Shown: positions 63,497 to 64,000 of the stretch, piece after piece
Layout of the letters: the number at the start of each line of letters is the position of its first letter
How positions within the stretch are numbered: position 1 is the first letter of the stretch
Assembly: GCF_001194135.2 (NCBI RefSeq)
Contig: NC_068986.1
Span: 12,696,729 to 12,760,728 of the forward strand
Direction of reading: 5' to 3'
Source of the DNA: Octopus bimaculoides
Taxonomy: Eukaryota
DNA: 64,000 nucleotides
Notes under the pieces: model-generated
Databases searched by the model: none
Told to the model about the DNA's origin: nothing
The model's input: only the letters and a program-made list of their open reading frames with translations
Program-made: the position numbers and the translations under genes

Positions 63497-64000
63497 TACA
63501 CACACACATATAAAAATTTTATTAGGCAGCAGTTAAGCAATGTATCACCAAAAAGTAAAATTATAATTGTCATTAAATATGACAGTGTGTGTTAGAATAC
63601 CTACAATGCTAGAAATAAGAGATAAAGCGACGAATATAACTAGATACATACTGCCAACGACCGTAAAAGGCGCCGAAAATGGCAGTCATGATATTTCTAT
63701 ACATACCATCGACGGTTTCGGCTTTAAAATCGAAGCTTCTTGGGGAGGGTCGGCACAAAATGCCAGATTCCGGATTAGAACGCAACCAGTATATATGTCT
63801 ACTCCATAAAAATCTTTGGGCGATTTAACGAAGCACTAATGTGTATACAAATAATTTAATTATGAAGTAGTTTAGCAATGTATCACCAAAAAAAAAAAAA
63901 ATGAAAATTATGATGCTGCAGTCAACGCATATAATTTAGCTCTTATTTAGAGCATTGTAGGTGTTCTAACACCCTGTGTCATACGTATGTGTATATATAT

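Noticed and set aside
1-64000. Dozens of ORFs made of CV/HT/YI/SIYL/X runs in the six-frame track
   Set aside because: They are translations of microsatellites and N-gaps, not coding.

Overview
This is a draft-assembly window of an AT-rich animal genome with many N-gaps, almost all bordered by microsatellites. The repeat landscape suggests an octopod cephalopod (inference from tRNA-derived SINE families, R4/Dong and Penelope elements, and dense (TA)/(CA)/(TCTA)/(TAA) repeats). No prokaryotic features, rRNA, true tRNA or CRISPR array can be supported. Most listed ORFs are microsatellite or gap artefacts. The only convincing host coding sequence is a + strand terminal exon at 51098-51904 (268 aa, Lys/His/Asn-rich, several furin-type sites). 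The rest looks like intron or intergenic DNA filled with SINEs, LINE fragments (CR1/L2, R4/Dong, Penelope), Tc1/mariner elements (one full length) and MITEs. The most interesting signal is a set of hammerhead-ribozyme (HHR) folds at about 10.8, 33.6, 33.9, 45.5 (two, inverted) and possibly 62.8 kb. One sits in a 341-nt direct-repeat-bounded, retrozyme-like unit, and two form a 98-bp near-perfect palindrome. Other signals are a 97.8%-identical 181-bp non-coding block duplicated 9.84 kb apart, an 87-nt hairpin and a candidate recursive splice site. SINE and fragment boundaries are approximate and were read by eye.
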